64,000 nt of DNA from Eledone cirrhosa. Lineage: Eukaryota. Below the pieces are notes generated by a model. It did no database searches. It worked only from the letters and a program-made list of their open reading frames with translations, and was not told where the DNA came from. The stretch is from the NCBI GenBank assembly GCA_964016885.1, contig OZ024742.1, forward strand, positions 308,822,001 through 308,886,000, written 5' to 3'. Shown here one piece after another: positions 52,244 through 64,000 of this stretch (the stretch's first letter is position 1; each line of letters opens with the position of its first letter). Both the position numbers and the translations under genes were made by a program.

Positions 52244-52331
52244 CACGTGCCTTTGTGTGAGAAACACACACGTGTGTATATATATATATATATATATATA
52301 CACGTGTGTGTTTCTCACACAAAGGCACGTG
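52244..52331. repeat. Near-perfect palindrome centred on (TA)n
   Basis: cacgtgcctttgtgtgagaaacacacacgtg..(ta)n..cacgtgtgtgtttctcacacaaaggcacgtg. Confidence 0.92.
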
Positions 52332-52644
52332 CGTTGTTTACTTATCGTGTTTATTCCCCGTGTAATGAAAGTTATAATTAAATTTAACTGATTACGAAGA
52401 CAAGAAAAGAAACAGATTAACTGTAATAGCAAGAACCAGTAAATTCTTTTATCATACAAATATTATTTAGATATAGTTTTCCTCAGATGGTGTAAGCAAT
52501 GACGCGTGAACAAATCAAGAAAACTTCTTTCAACAGGTGAGAATGCATCAATTATCTTAGTAAATAGAACTGGATTTCACGTTGAATAAAATCTAATCAA
52601 ATTTACTGCAAAGGAAGAGGTAGATTAGCACCTTGTATTTCTTT

Positions 52645-52930
52645 GTCTTTTTTTCTTTTTTTTCTTTTTTTCTTTTTTTCTTTTTTTCTTTTTTTCTTTT
52701 TTTCTTTTTTTCTTTTTTTCTTTTTTTCTTTTTTTCTTTTTTTCTTTTTTCTTTTTTTGTTTTTCTTTTTTCCATTTTCTTTTTTTCTTTTTTTCTTTTT
52801 TTCTTTTTTTCTTTTTTTCTTTTTTTCTTTTTTTCTTTTTTTCTTTTTTTCTTTTTTTCTTTTTTTCTTTTTTTCTTTTTTTTCTTTTTTTCTTTTTTTC
52901 TTTTTTTCTTTTTTTCTTTTTTTTTCTTTG
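52645..52930. repeat. Polypyrimidine (T6C/T7C)n repeat
   Basis: Direct reading. Confidence 0.95.
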
Positions 52931-53309
52931 TTTGTTAGATTTTCTTTTATGTTTTCCGGTTATTTTATTTTTTGTTTTTGTTTTGTTTTGTTTTTTAGAT
53001 TGTTAACCCACGCAGAGACTGATAGAAATATATAGTTTACATTGACCGGTAATATAGAAATATCATGGGTTAATTATTAAAAGATATCATAGGAGTGTTC
53101 TGGGAATAATAAATTATGTGTATAAATTTATAATTTAATATTCCAGAAAAGTTATGAACATATTTCTGCAAGTGTCTCGTAATAATATCCATTATATACA
53201 GAATAAACAGCATATTTCAAAATATTCTGATATCTGTGTATCTTCATATTTTAGAGTGCATGCATGTTGTGGTGGTGAATAAAAGTGGATTGTACGAACT
53301 TTCTTTCAA

Positions 53310-53745
53310 ACACTGTCAGACACTGGCAGACAGAGGTAGATACTGCCTGACACTATCAGACACTGGCGGACACTAGCTGATACTAACTGGCACAGCTTGA
53401 CACCGTCTTACACTGTCAGACACTAGCAGACACTGCCTGGCACTGGCAGACATTGCCTGACACTGGCAGACACTGTCTGACACTGTCTGCCAGTGTCAGA
53501 CAGTGGCAGACACTGGAAGACATTACCTGACACTGGCAGACGCAGACACTGTCTGACACTGTCTGACACTGGCAGACACTGGAAGACACTGGAAGACACT
53601 GGAAGATACTGGAAGACACTGGAAGACACTGGAAGACACTGGAAGACACTGGAAGACACTGGAAGACACTGGCAGACACTGGAAGACGCTGGAAGATACT
53701 GGAAGACACTGGAAGACACTGGAAGACACTGCCTGGCACTGGCAA
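53310..53745. repeat. 10-bp minisatellite (GACACTGGAA/GACACTGGCA/GACACTGTCT)
   Basis: About 43 units; homogeneous 3' block, diverged 5' block. Confidence 0.95.
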
Positions 53746-54249
53746 ATATTGCTTGCATTTGTCTTCTTGCAGTAGCTCAAGAACAACATCAACTACATCA
53801 ACCTCACCTGTCCCTTCTTTCAGACCAAACCAAGAAAAACACATTTACATAGATTTCTAACTGAAGCACAATAACACATTTTTTTAGTTCATAAGTTTAT
53901 AAACAAGGTGACACTCAAGATATCATTCCTTCTAAGTGCCACTGTTTAATTATGAACTTAATGACTGTCCCAATCTCTGTGGCACATAAGGCCTGTGTTT
54001 ATCCCGAGTGTACAAAACTACTAGTATTAGATCACAGGGTTAACCCCAGCTATAGCTGGTACTTATTTTCAGCTGACAGGATAGGAGTAAGATAGAATTA
54101 AGTATTTTGCTTAAGAATACCCTGAGCAAGATGGTTGGATAACATCCATAATCTTGGCTGGTCACGCTTGGTGATCCAGCCGGAGATGGTTGCTTCAGGA
54201 CCCGCTGGAGGCAGTGTTTAAGGACTCTGTCCCTCTCAAGCCTCTCAGG

Positions 54250-54712
54250 CAATGGCGCACTGGGTCTAAAAATATTGGTTGCCAGGAGATGAAGGAGGCC
54301 CATCTACATATAGAATGTTATCATTTAATTTTTTATAATGAATAAATAACATTTTCAAAATATACATAAGTGGAAACAAAACAGTGCAATCAAATTTTTT
54401 GCAGAAAAATTTTCAAAACAAAGAGTTGTGGTGTTGTTCATGTCTTTCATAATGTTATTGCTCCTACTTAAGGTCGAATTCTAAATCATTTGGGTGTTCC
54501 ATAAACTACATCCTCGTTTTCTTTCACATCTATCTAGACTATATTTTAACCTGTAATCCATGTTTCATTTCTGTTGCACCTCATTCTCCCTCCCCCCCCC
54601 CCCTCTCTCTCCTCTTTCTCTCTGTGATATTTGAATCTACTATGATTTGTGCTTACTTTATTCATATATATATATGTTTTTGCATGTCAGATTCAAACTT
54701 ACAATGATTGGC

Positions 54713-54715
<3 letters not shown>
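54250..54715 (+). mobile_element. hAT-like family copy lacking the internal inverted repeat
   Basis: Matches 29717-29880 joined directly to 30312-30598. Confidence 0.8.
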
Positions 54716-54779
<64 letters not shown>

Positions 54780-54986
54780 CGTTTCTGAATTTGTTTAGCA
54801 AGATTCTTTATCTGAAAACGTGTGTTGAACCGATATTGTTATACTTTGGGAGGGTCATGTTGCCAATAAGAAACACACGCACCAGTTGCTTTCACTTCAA
54901 TTTATTATAATAAATTTATAAATTTAGGAATTTATAAATTTCTGGTTGGTTGGTTGGTTCCACAACCAGATAGTTGTTTATATATT

Positions 54987-55029
54987 GTCAAAGTTCTTTC
55001 GTCACACATTCTGTGACTTCTTCAGTGAC
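54987..55029 (-). ncRNA. Minimal hammerhead (inverted pLTR)
   Basis: Reverse complement of the 59934 motif. Confidence 0.8.
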
Positions 55030-55953
55030 TGGGGATTCTTTTCTTTGTTTTTGTGCGCCTCTCCTTTGTTCTGTCCTACGCCATTTTGTTTCTGTGTGTG
55101 TGTTGTGTGCTCAGTCTGCGCATGCGCCACAGGAGCAAATTTTGGAATAGAATAGAAAGAACTAGGAATAAGGCTAATAGAATAAACTCATGGTATGATA
55201 GCAATAAATACCAGAGTGTAATGTTCATCGATACAACCCCTAGAAGTGAATTAGCTTACAAATTTAGAAGGGCCCTAGATAAACATAAACTCAATATTAA
55301 GATAGTAGAAAGACCAGGTACCTCCGTAAAAACACTTATTAGCAAGACATACCCTTTTCAAAGACCCCCCTGTATAGATAAGAAATGTATAACCTGTAAA
55401 ATAAGCCCCCATATTAACTGTAAAACTAGAAATGTAGTATATAGCATAAGATGTACTGAAGGACAATGTAGAGACAAAAATATAGTGTACATAGGTGAGA
55501 CAGCTCGTAGTGTAGGGGAACGGATAAATGAACACTGGCGAGACCTTCAAGATAGTAAAGAATCATCTGTACTCTACCAACATGCTAAAATAGAACATAA
55601 GGGTAAATTAGAGAACATAGAAATAAAAATAGAATCGACACACAGAAAAGACGCAATGTTTAGACAAATCACAGAGGCAATAAACATAAAAGAATTACAA
55701 CCAAAATTAAATAGAAAATATGAGTGGAACAGCAACATCACAACTTACAATTAAGGACAAAATGAAAACACACACGCACATAGAAAAAACAACCAACCGG
55801 TAACATGTAAATAAATAAATAAACGAATATAAACACACACAGACACCCGGATGTGGCGCATGCGCAGACTGAGCACACAACACACACACAGAAATAAAAT
55901 GGCGTAGGACAGAACAAAGGAGAGGCGCACAAAAACAAAGAAAAGAATCCCCA

Positions 55954-55996
55954 GTCACTGAAGAGGTCACAGAATGTGTGACGAAAGAACTTTGAC
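55954..55996 (+). ncRNA. Minimal hammerhead (upstream pLTR)
   Basis: GUCA-CUGAAGA-gGUCAC-agaaugu-GUGAC-GAAA-GAA-CUU/-UGAC. Confidence 0.82.
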
Positions 55997-56120
55997 AATA
56001 TATAAACAACTATCTGGTTGTGGAACCAACCAGCCAACCAGAAATTTATAAATTCCTAAATTTATAAATTTATAATAAATTGAAGTGAAAGCAACTGGTG
56101 CGAGTGTTTCTTATTGGCAA

Positions 56121-59100
56121 CATGACCCTCCCAAAGTATAACAATATCGGTTTCAACACACGTTTTCAGATAAAGAATCTTGCTAAACAAATTCAGAAAC
56201 GAAATATCGTAAGCCTTAGCCAGGCTAACAGGATACTGAAAACCACCATGTTCTGTTGTCTACGAAAAACAATAACATCTCGACAGCTACACTTCATAAA
56301 AGAATGTGCCTCGTCCCGAGTTTACACCAACACCATCAACACCGATGTAAGAAGATTACAACTCACCAAAAAGCAAGCAGATAGGCTAAAACGAACACTA
56401 ATTCTAAACATAAAAAAGATCTATAGAGAATTAAGTCATCAAGAAAAACATAAGCGAAACCTAATACAAGAAATAACTAGGATCACCACACCAAGAGAGA
56501 AACTAATATTTATAAGCCTTATACATCCTGAAGAACAGTACATTGCTCAAGAATGTGATAAGCACTTTAACAAGAGACTAAAGTGGCTTAAGCAGATAAA
56601 ACTAAATCAGGATACTGTAGAGAATACCAATAGATATCCCGACAAAATTGACGGTATAAATATGGCCGACACCTCCTTAACAGATGAGTTCAACAACAAC
56701 AACACAAATATATACGGCAACACGGCAATAGATCCTGATGAATTATCTGTATTACAGCTACCGCCGAAATTTGCGACATTTAAGAAGGTAAATATGATTA
56801 GTTGTCTGTCAGAAATAGAAAAATCATTTACAAAATTACGTTGGAGCCTCAAAAACAAAAACAAAAACAAAAGTAACAACATACGCACACACATATACAA
56901 CACACATCCCAACAACAACAGACATACAGACACAAACAACAATAACAACACACACAACAATAATAACACACACGGAGACAACAACAACACACATCAACAA
57001 CAGCACACATCAACAACAACAACACACACACATTCAATGCCTCTCACCACCACCACAATCTTAACAAACACACAGACACAGAAAACAAGTAATGACAGTA
57101 GCACAGAAATCACAGAAATAAGGGAAAGTAATAGGATTAAAAGGAGAAGGGAGACTATGGACAGAGAAAATAACCAAGACGAAGACACAGATACACAAAA
57201 TAGAGTAGATAATAACAATGAGCCAGTGGAAAGAGACAGGAGTAATAATGAGAGACATAGAAACAACCATGAGGCTGTTGGTGGAAATAGAAATAGAAAC
57301 AACACAACTAACAATAACAATAGCACTAGTACACATAAAGCAGCAGCCTGGAACTACTTTTTATAATCCCTCCGATAAGTCGTTCGACCTGCGACGAGTC
57401 CACGCCACGTCTTTACCATTTAACAAACGCACGCAATTGCCGTCGCAGGTCGATGAACAAACAGAAGCACAATTTAGTATAGCTAGATCCGAACTTAGAA
57501 ATATTATAGAACAGTATAGCAAGACGCATAATAGAATGGAGGCCCAGCAACTGGGAGAAAAATCTGAAAATGGCTTGCGTAAGCTCATGCAGCGCTCGCG
57601 TAATGGAGAGATAGCATGCTTTCCAACAGACAAGTCTGGCAGAATGTCGGTTGATAGCCTGCCAAACTACATCCAGGCAATGCAACCCCACATCACTAAC
57701 ACAAAAGAGGTAACACCACAGGAGCATGAGGATAGAGAAAAAGCCCTCAATGCCCATATGGTGATGTGGACGAATATAATGCAGCCCAACAAAAGGACTG
57801 CCAACAACTTCCAGGCCTGGAACAATGACGTGCCGGCGTTGTATGGGCTTCGAAAAGACCATAAAACGGGCAGTGACCCTGTCACGGGACCACCAACACG
57901 GCCAGTCTGTGGAGCTAACATTGCTAGTAACTACAGACTGTCCTACTTCCTCTCCCTGATCATACGCCCCATCATTGAAATGTCCCCAGATGTATGTGAC
58001 AGCACGGGGGATCTCCTCAGCAGAATCGGCGAGGGTAACCGATCTAGGGACCTAACAAACTGCATAATAGGTAGTATGGATGTTGTGTCCCTGTATCCAT
58101 CTATTGGCGTGGATTTTGCTGTGGAGAAATGCGTAGAAATGATCAGTGAGAGCAATGTTGAGTTCCGTGGGATTGATACCAGTGAGCTGGGATTCCTACT
58201 TAAATTTACCTATAGTAATAATTACCTAGACACATATGACCTTAGCAACCTGTGCCCTACAAGACCAGCAAGAGGCAGACAACCTACCATTACCTCAATG
58301 GCCAAGAAAACCCACACAGATAGATGGAACGGGTGGACCAGAGCCATACGGACACCCAAAAACCACGATGAACTGAAGAAAATGATTGCACATGCGGTAG
58401 GGGCCAGCATAAAACTAACCCTTAAGGAACATATGTTCAAATTTAATGGAAAAACATATGCCCAAGAGGAAGGATAAGCCATTGGTGTTAGCATTGCAGG
58501 CGACATAGCTAACTTATTCATGGTATGGTGGGACAGTAGACTTAAACTTAAACTTAAAAAACAATTAGAAGACCCCTTAACCCTGATAATGTACTCCCCC
58601 TACGTTGATGATATAAACATCGTAGTTAAGACACCCCCACTAGAGAACAGTCAGGAACTAGAGAAAAACACAATGGAAAGCATCCAGCAAATAGCTAACT
58701 CCATCCACCAGAGCATTAGAGTTACTTTAGACTACCCAAGTAAACACCCCAACCATCGATTACCTGTACTAGACACAGAGCTCTGGTTAGATATCATTAA
58801 TAACAAAAAACAAATCTTCCATTCCCATTATGCCAAACCCATGACTTCCAAACATCTGATCCACCGAAACTCAGCTGTTTCGGACCGTACCAAAATCAAC
58901 ATACTGATTGCGGATTTGGTACGGGTGATGAGAAACGTATCCCGCATGTGCAACCCCGAAGAACTAGAGAGACACATACAACACTTCATCCACCGTATGC
59001 AGTTCTCTGGTTACAATCAGAGAGATAAAATCAGAGTGTATAGAGGAGCCAGAACCAAATGGGAAAAAATGGTAAATAATGACACAAATGTGACCTGCCC

Positions 59101-59730
59101 CTTGTATAGGAGCAAATTTTGGAATAGAATAGAAAGAACTAGGAATAAGGCTAATAGAATAAACTCATGGTATGATAGCAATAAATACCAGAGTGTAATG
59201 TTCATCGATACAACCCCTAGAGGTGAATTAGCTTACAAATTTAGAAGGGCCCTAGATAAACATAAACTCAATATTAAGATAGTAGAAAGACCAGGTACCT
59301 CCGTAAAAACACTTATTAGCAAGACATACCCTTTTCAAAGACCCCCTGTATAGATAAGAAATGTATAACCTGTAAAATAAGCCCCCATATTAACTGTAAA
59401 ACTAGAAATGTAGTATATAGCATAAGATGTACTGAAGAACAATGTAGAGACAAAAATATAGTGTACATAGGTGAGACAGCTCGTAGTGTAGGGGAACGGA
59501 TAAATGAACACTGGCGAGACCTTCAAGATAGTAAAGAATCATCTGTACTCTACCAACATGCTAAAATAGAACATAAGGGTAAATTAGAGAACATAGAAAT
59601 AAAAATAAAATCTACACACAGAAAAGACGCAATGTTTAGACAAATCACAGAGGCAATAAACATAAAAGAATTACAACCAAAATTAAATAGAAAATATGAG
59701 TGGAACAGCAACATCACAACTTACAATTAA
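56121..59730 (+). pseudogene. PLE RT + GIY-YIG ORF (frameshifts near 57360 and 59345, stop at 58475)
   Basis: LPPKFA, PTDKSG, LYGLRKDHK, PTRPVCG, GSMDVVSLYPSI, G*AIG..IANLFM, YVDD, IVERPG, CxxxxCxxC, VVYSIRCxxxxC..YIGET..R..EH, RQITEA, LNRKYEW. Confidence 0.92.
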
Positions 59731-59933
59731 GGACAAAATGAAAACACACACGCACATAGAACAAACAACCAACCGGTAACATGTAAATAAACAAATAAAT
59801 AAACGAATATAAACACACACAGACACCCGGATGTGGCGCATGCGCAGACTGAGCACACAACACACACACAGAAACAAAATGACATAGGACAGAACAAAGG
59901 AGAGGCGCACAAAAACAAAGAAAAGAATCCCCA

Positions 59934-59976
59934 GTCACTGAAGAAGTCACAGAATGTGTGACGAAAGAACTTTGAC
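59934..59976 (+). ncRNA. Minimal hammerhead (downstream pLTR)
   Basis: Same fold as 55954. Confidence 0.82.
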
Positions 59977-60395
59977 AATATATAAACAACTATCTGGTTG
60001 TGGAACCAACCAACCAACCAGAAATTTATAAATTCCTAAATTTATAAATTTATTATAATAAATTGAAGTGAAAGCAACTGGTGCGTGTGTTTCTTATTGG
60101 CAACATGACCCTCCCAAAGTATAACAATATATATATATATATCACGATAAATTAACGGAGCCATAGACTCTCGTTATTCCCTGTCAATAATGTGCTCAAA
60201 GGAAAAGAAATCCTGAGCTCTTTAAAATACAATATGTTGAAAAGGTAACACCCTAGAGAGATATAGTGCGCCATCAATAAAACAGGATAAACCACCAGTA
60301 TATGGAATCTATAATCTATGGTAAGCAGGGTAGAAACACAATAATTAAAAATATAAATTAAAATGTATATACGCACCTGTTTAACTATATAACGA

Positions 60396-60472
60396 ACGCG
60401 TACAAATACAAAGAGATGTTTCGCCAGGAAGTTGTTGACTGAAATGAAATAGCCTATGGTTCATCAGCGCGT
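60396..60472 (-). ncRNA. Type I hammerhead ribozyme
   Basis: ACGCG-CUGAUGA-[accauagg..ccuggc]-GAAA-CA..U-GUA/-CGCGU. Confidence 0.8.
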
Positions 60473-60885
60473 GCAAGGCTATACATTCCAGACAACTCTA
60501 AGAGAATCTAAAGCGACCGTCCAGCTACACGCGGCAGATAAATGTCACAGCATGTTTAGGGCAGTGAACCAGTGGTATCTAAGGGACGAGCTGCTAGAAA
60601 GAGCAGCCCAAAAACCACTCAAGAAGTGTGCTCAACCAAACAGAGAGAGAGGAAAGACTGTTATAAGGAGCGAAATATCACGATAAATTAACGGAGCAAT
60701 AAACTGTCGTTATTCCCTGTCAATAATGTGCTCAAAGGAAAAGGAATCCTGAGCTCTTTAAAATACAATATGTTTAAAAGGTAACACACTAGTCTACTGT
60801 GACACTAGATGTGACATCTCTCTCCCGCGTGTAGCTGGACGGTCGCTTTAGATTCTCTTAGAATTGTCTGGAATGTATAGTCTTC

Positions 60886-60964
60886 CACGCGCTGATGAAG
60901 CATAGGCTATTCCATTTCAGTCAACAACTTCCTGGCGAAACATCTCTTTGGATTTGCACGCGTG
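60886..60964 (+). ncRNA. Hammerhead motif, cleavage triplet mutated to GCA
   Basis: CACGCG-CUGAUGA..CCUGGC-GAAA..GCA-CGCGUG. Confidence 0.7.
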
Positions 60965-61237
60965 TTATATAGTTATAGAGGTGCGTATATACATTTTAGT
61001 TAATATTTTTAATTATTGTGTGTCTACCCTGCATTCCATAGATTATAGATTCCATACACTGGTGGTTTTCCCTGTTTTATTGATGGCGCATTATCTCTCT
61101 CTAGTGTGTTACCTTTTCAACATATTTTATTTTATATATATATTATTTGTTTGCTAAAATAATCAAATATAAAGTAATTCAACAGTGAAACACGCATAGG
61201 AATAATAAGGTTCTTACTAAAGGGCCAGAAGATTGGC

Positions 61238-61795
61238 AAGTCGACCCTAAATATTACTAATAGCTCTAGGAAAGCCATGAACGACACCACATATTTTTAA
61301 CTTTGATTTTGAAAGTAGGTTTATAATTATCAATTTTCATTGTACTTTCGTAGCTGTCTCGGTGGCGTAGTTGTAGGAATAATAAATGGTGGTGATCCTG
61401 GGCTGAATTTTGATCCTGGTCGAGGGTAGGGTTCCCGGTAAACCTTTTCAATTTTTTCCTATTGGTTGTAAAATAAAAAGAGTTACTTGTACCTCTTGAC
61501 CAGGATTGAATCCAAGGCCAGGATCTCCACCGTCTCTGTTACTTACCGCTAGGCCACAGAGAAAACTACTAAACACGTATGAAAATTCATGCTTATAAAC
61601 CTACTTTCAAAATTTTCAAAACAAAGTGTTGAGGTGTCGTTCATGTCTTTCTTAATGTTATTGCTCTTACTTAAAGTCGACTTCTAAATCATTTGGGTGT
61701 TCCATAAACTACATCCTCGTTTTGTTTCTCATCTATCTAGACTATACTTTAACCTGTAATCCATGTTTCATTTCTGTTCCACCTCATTTCTTACC
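61238..61795 (+). mobile_element. hAT-like family internal fragment with the inverted tRNA-like pair
   Basis: Collinear with 29947-30490. Confidence 0.82.
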
Positions 61796-61867
61796 CTCCT
61801 CTCTCTCTCCCTCTCTCCCTCTTATAGAATGCTATACTTATAGAATGCTATCATTTCATTTTTATAA

Positions 61868-62638
61868 TCTAATATATATTTGTGAAATGGGTGGTGGTTG
61901 AAATTCAGATGTGCACGGTTAAATGGTAGTAGACGTGGTCGGACTGACATGAAAATTTACACACCTATGTAAAAAGTGCCAAGGAAGCAAATAGACGAGG
62001 TTTCAAATCTCTAACTTGAAAAGTGTGGTCCCTGGGGCCCCAAAACTATCGCGTTCGGTGAGTTATTTCCCCCCTGTTCTAATACTTTTGTCTTATTTAC
62101 AATTTCATACAAATAAAGCAGTAAATAAAGGATTATGAGTTCATGCAATTGACTTATGTTTCGTCACTATATATATATATATATATATATAAACGCTTTA
62201 ATAAAAAACAATATCAACTGTAATGTATGTATGCATGTATTTATGTGTTTATATGAGCGGGGATATGCAAGTAAATCTTACTTTGTGGACAGCTTATCCT
62301 TAGCATAATATTCATGCTAGAACAGCATATATTTTAAAGTTTTCAGGGAGTTGAATTACTGATTTTGGATCGGCAGCTTTAGCTTTGAAAAAATGAAATG
62401 GGCAGTGTAAATATTTTTTATTATTCCTCCGGGGATGAATCTTCTCTGCATGTTTCCATCTCTTTCTTTCTCTCTGGAAGAAATCAACCGTAGTAAGACC
62501 TAAAAAAATGGTTAGATACACCATGACGCACCGTGCACCACGGTGGAGTTGAAAAGCAGACTCAGAACATGGCGTTGTGTGGGGGTGGCTCGCAGCCCAA
62601 TGTTCCAGGGGGAGCAAAAGAAGAAGAAGAAGAAGAAG

Positions 62639-62669
<31 letters not shown>

Positions 62670-63878
62670 GAGCTGGAGTCCTATCAAATATGTAGGTTGT
62701 GTCTTAAATTGAAGGTTTAGTAGAAACAATTCATGTATAGTTTTGTACTTTTCTTTTTGTCATTCATATATAAACAAATCTACTATATAAATTCGAAGTG
62801 GTCGGACGTTGTATATGTAGGTGTAGTCGGATAAACGTCGAAACGGCTTGGTGGAATGCAGCGAAAATTTACACAGTTATGCAGAATGACCCGAGGAGGC
62901 GTTGGGTCGACTTTCAAGCTACAATCTTCAACGGTTACGGAGAAAATCGATGAAACAGGAATTTCCCATTCAAATTGAACTGTGAACGCAGAAGTAATTA
63001 TTTCGAGAAACGTTGCAACCGAACGAAAACAGGAAGACGATATTTTGGTTCGTGAAGACGTTCCCTGGCAAGGAACGGTAAAAAAGTGAGGATAATACGT
63101 CGTTATGTGGATCGGGAAGAACAATTTCATGCAAAGACAAGACCAAGTTTATGGTATAAATGGAGTCGTTAGACTAATATTCTATTTAAAATAACAGAAT
63201 GATTTCCAGCCCCTGAGTTTAAGAATGATGTAAATAAAATTGAAAACGAAAATGACAGAGGTTATTAAAATAGTAAAAGTAAATAGTGAAGATTTAGGCC
63301 AGTACATACGTATACCCCGACGGACATACACATACATACGCACACACAAATACATACACACCCACACACACAAACACACACAAACACACACACACACGCA
63401 CACACACACGCACACACACGAACGCACGCGCGTATGTATAAACCTTATGCATTTCTACAGTATTTTCACCAAACTTAAGACATAGGTTACTTATGTACTC
63501 CGGATGGTCATGGACACTGTCATTTTTCCAGATATTGATTATAGGAGCCCCCGACAGATAACCCCTTTAACCACTTTAACCACTTCCTTGGAGTCGACTG
63601 AAGCACTGCAGTGCAATGCAACAAAACGTCATAACTTCTGGAGTTCGCAACCGATTTTCACAAAACTTGACACATGGGCTACGTTTGTCCTACAGATGAA
63701 TGTGAACTCTCAGAATTGGCACATATTGGGTAGGGGACCCCTGGGGGCAGGAACCTCCTTTTGGAAAAAGCCGATGATTTTGTAAAAGTATAGTTTTCGA
63801 AGCAGCACTGAAGTATTGACATAAATGGTATACATAATTGCTATTTAATATCCCAGCAACGCCGGGTACTTCTGGTAG
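61868..63878 (+). mobile_element. Non-autonomous Helitron (possibly composite, second 5' end at 62779) inserted in a hAT-like copy
   Basis: 5' a|TCTAATATATA and a|TCTACTATATAAA; 3' hairpin ccc(a)gcaacgccggg followed by GTAG|t (degenerate CTAG); hAT-like sequence stops at 61867 and resumes at ~63885. Confidence 0.72.
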
Positions 63879-64000
63879 TTAATTTATATTTTCGAAAAAT
63901 ACATAAGTGGCAACAAAACAGTGCAATCAAATTTTTGCGGAAAAATATCTTACCTTCTCCAATGGAAAATATTGTGTATTTTGCGAAATCCAGTGACTTT
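63879..64000 (+). mobile_element. hAT-like family 5' region, continues beyond the window
   Basis: Matches 29820-29930. Confidence 0.8.

Larger units (their letters stand above)
54775..60130 (+). mobile_element. Naiad-type Penelope-like element: inverted pLTR, truncated tandem copy and full copy
   Basis: 54775-55130 is the inverse of ~55851-56206; 55131-56146 is a direct copy of 59109-60130; three hammerheads; (TA)n on both sides. Confidence 0.93.
60141..61134 (-). mobile_element. ORF-less hammerhead retroelement (536-bp unit, partial tandem copy and inverted copy)
   Basis: 60141-60255 repeated at 60677-60792; 60810-61134 is the inverse of ~60223-60549; hammerhead in both arms. Confidence 0.82.

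Noticed and set aside
52435-52492. Minus-strand CUGAGGA motif
   Set aside because: GAAA box and stem II too degenerate
53416-53852. Repetitive ORFs (CLPVSSSVFQ, WKTLEDTGRH)
   Set aside because: Products of a 10-bp minisatellite open in several frames
56121-59730. Selenoprotein-type Naiad
   Set aside because: Disruptions are a TAA and frameshifts; no in-frame TGA at conserved cysteines seen

Overview
Eukaryotic (animal) intergenic or intronic DNA made almost entirely of microsatellites and nested transposable elements. No host gene, rRNA, true tRNA gene or CRISPR array is supportable. The very dense (TA)n/(CA)n tracts and the SINE family suggest a mollusc, probably an octopod cephalopod (inference). 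The dominant theme is Penelope-like retroelements (PLEs) stacked into (TA)n tracts: a near-complete Neptune-type copy (13.2-17.9 kb), a near-complete and three truncated CxCx5Cx5C-linker (Hydra-type) copies, a Naiad-type copy with tandem and inverted pseudo-LTRs (54.8-60.1 kb), and several ORF-less pLTR derivatives. By eye I find about 14 complete or nearly complete hammerhead ribozyme motifs from roughly ten unrelated sequence families, including two U3:A8 core variants and a form with a ~105-nt stem II. Three fold-back palindromes built from pLTRs lie side by side at 11.2-12.4 kb. Also present: RTE LINEs (one of which spawned a 21 x 47-bp satellite from its zinc-finger codons), four Tx1/L1-clade copies joined to (GATA)n, a hAT-like element carrying a convergent pair of tRNA-like Pol III units, a Helitron, a Tc1/mariner MITE and SINEs. 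All calls come from manual motif reading. Boundaries inside microsatellites are approximate and clade names rely on recalled motif signatures, not on database searches.
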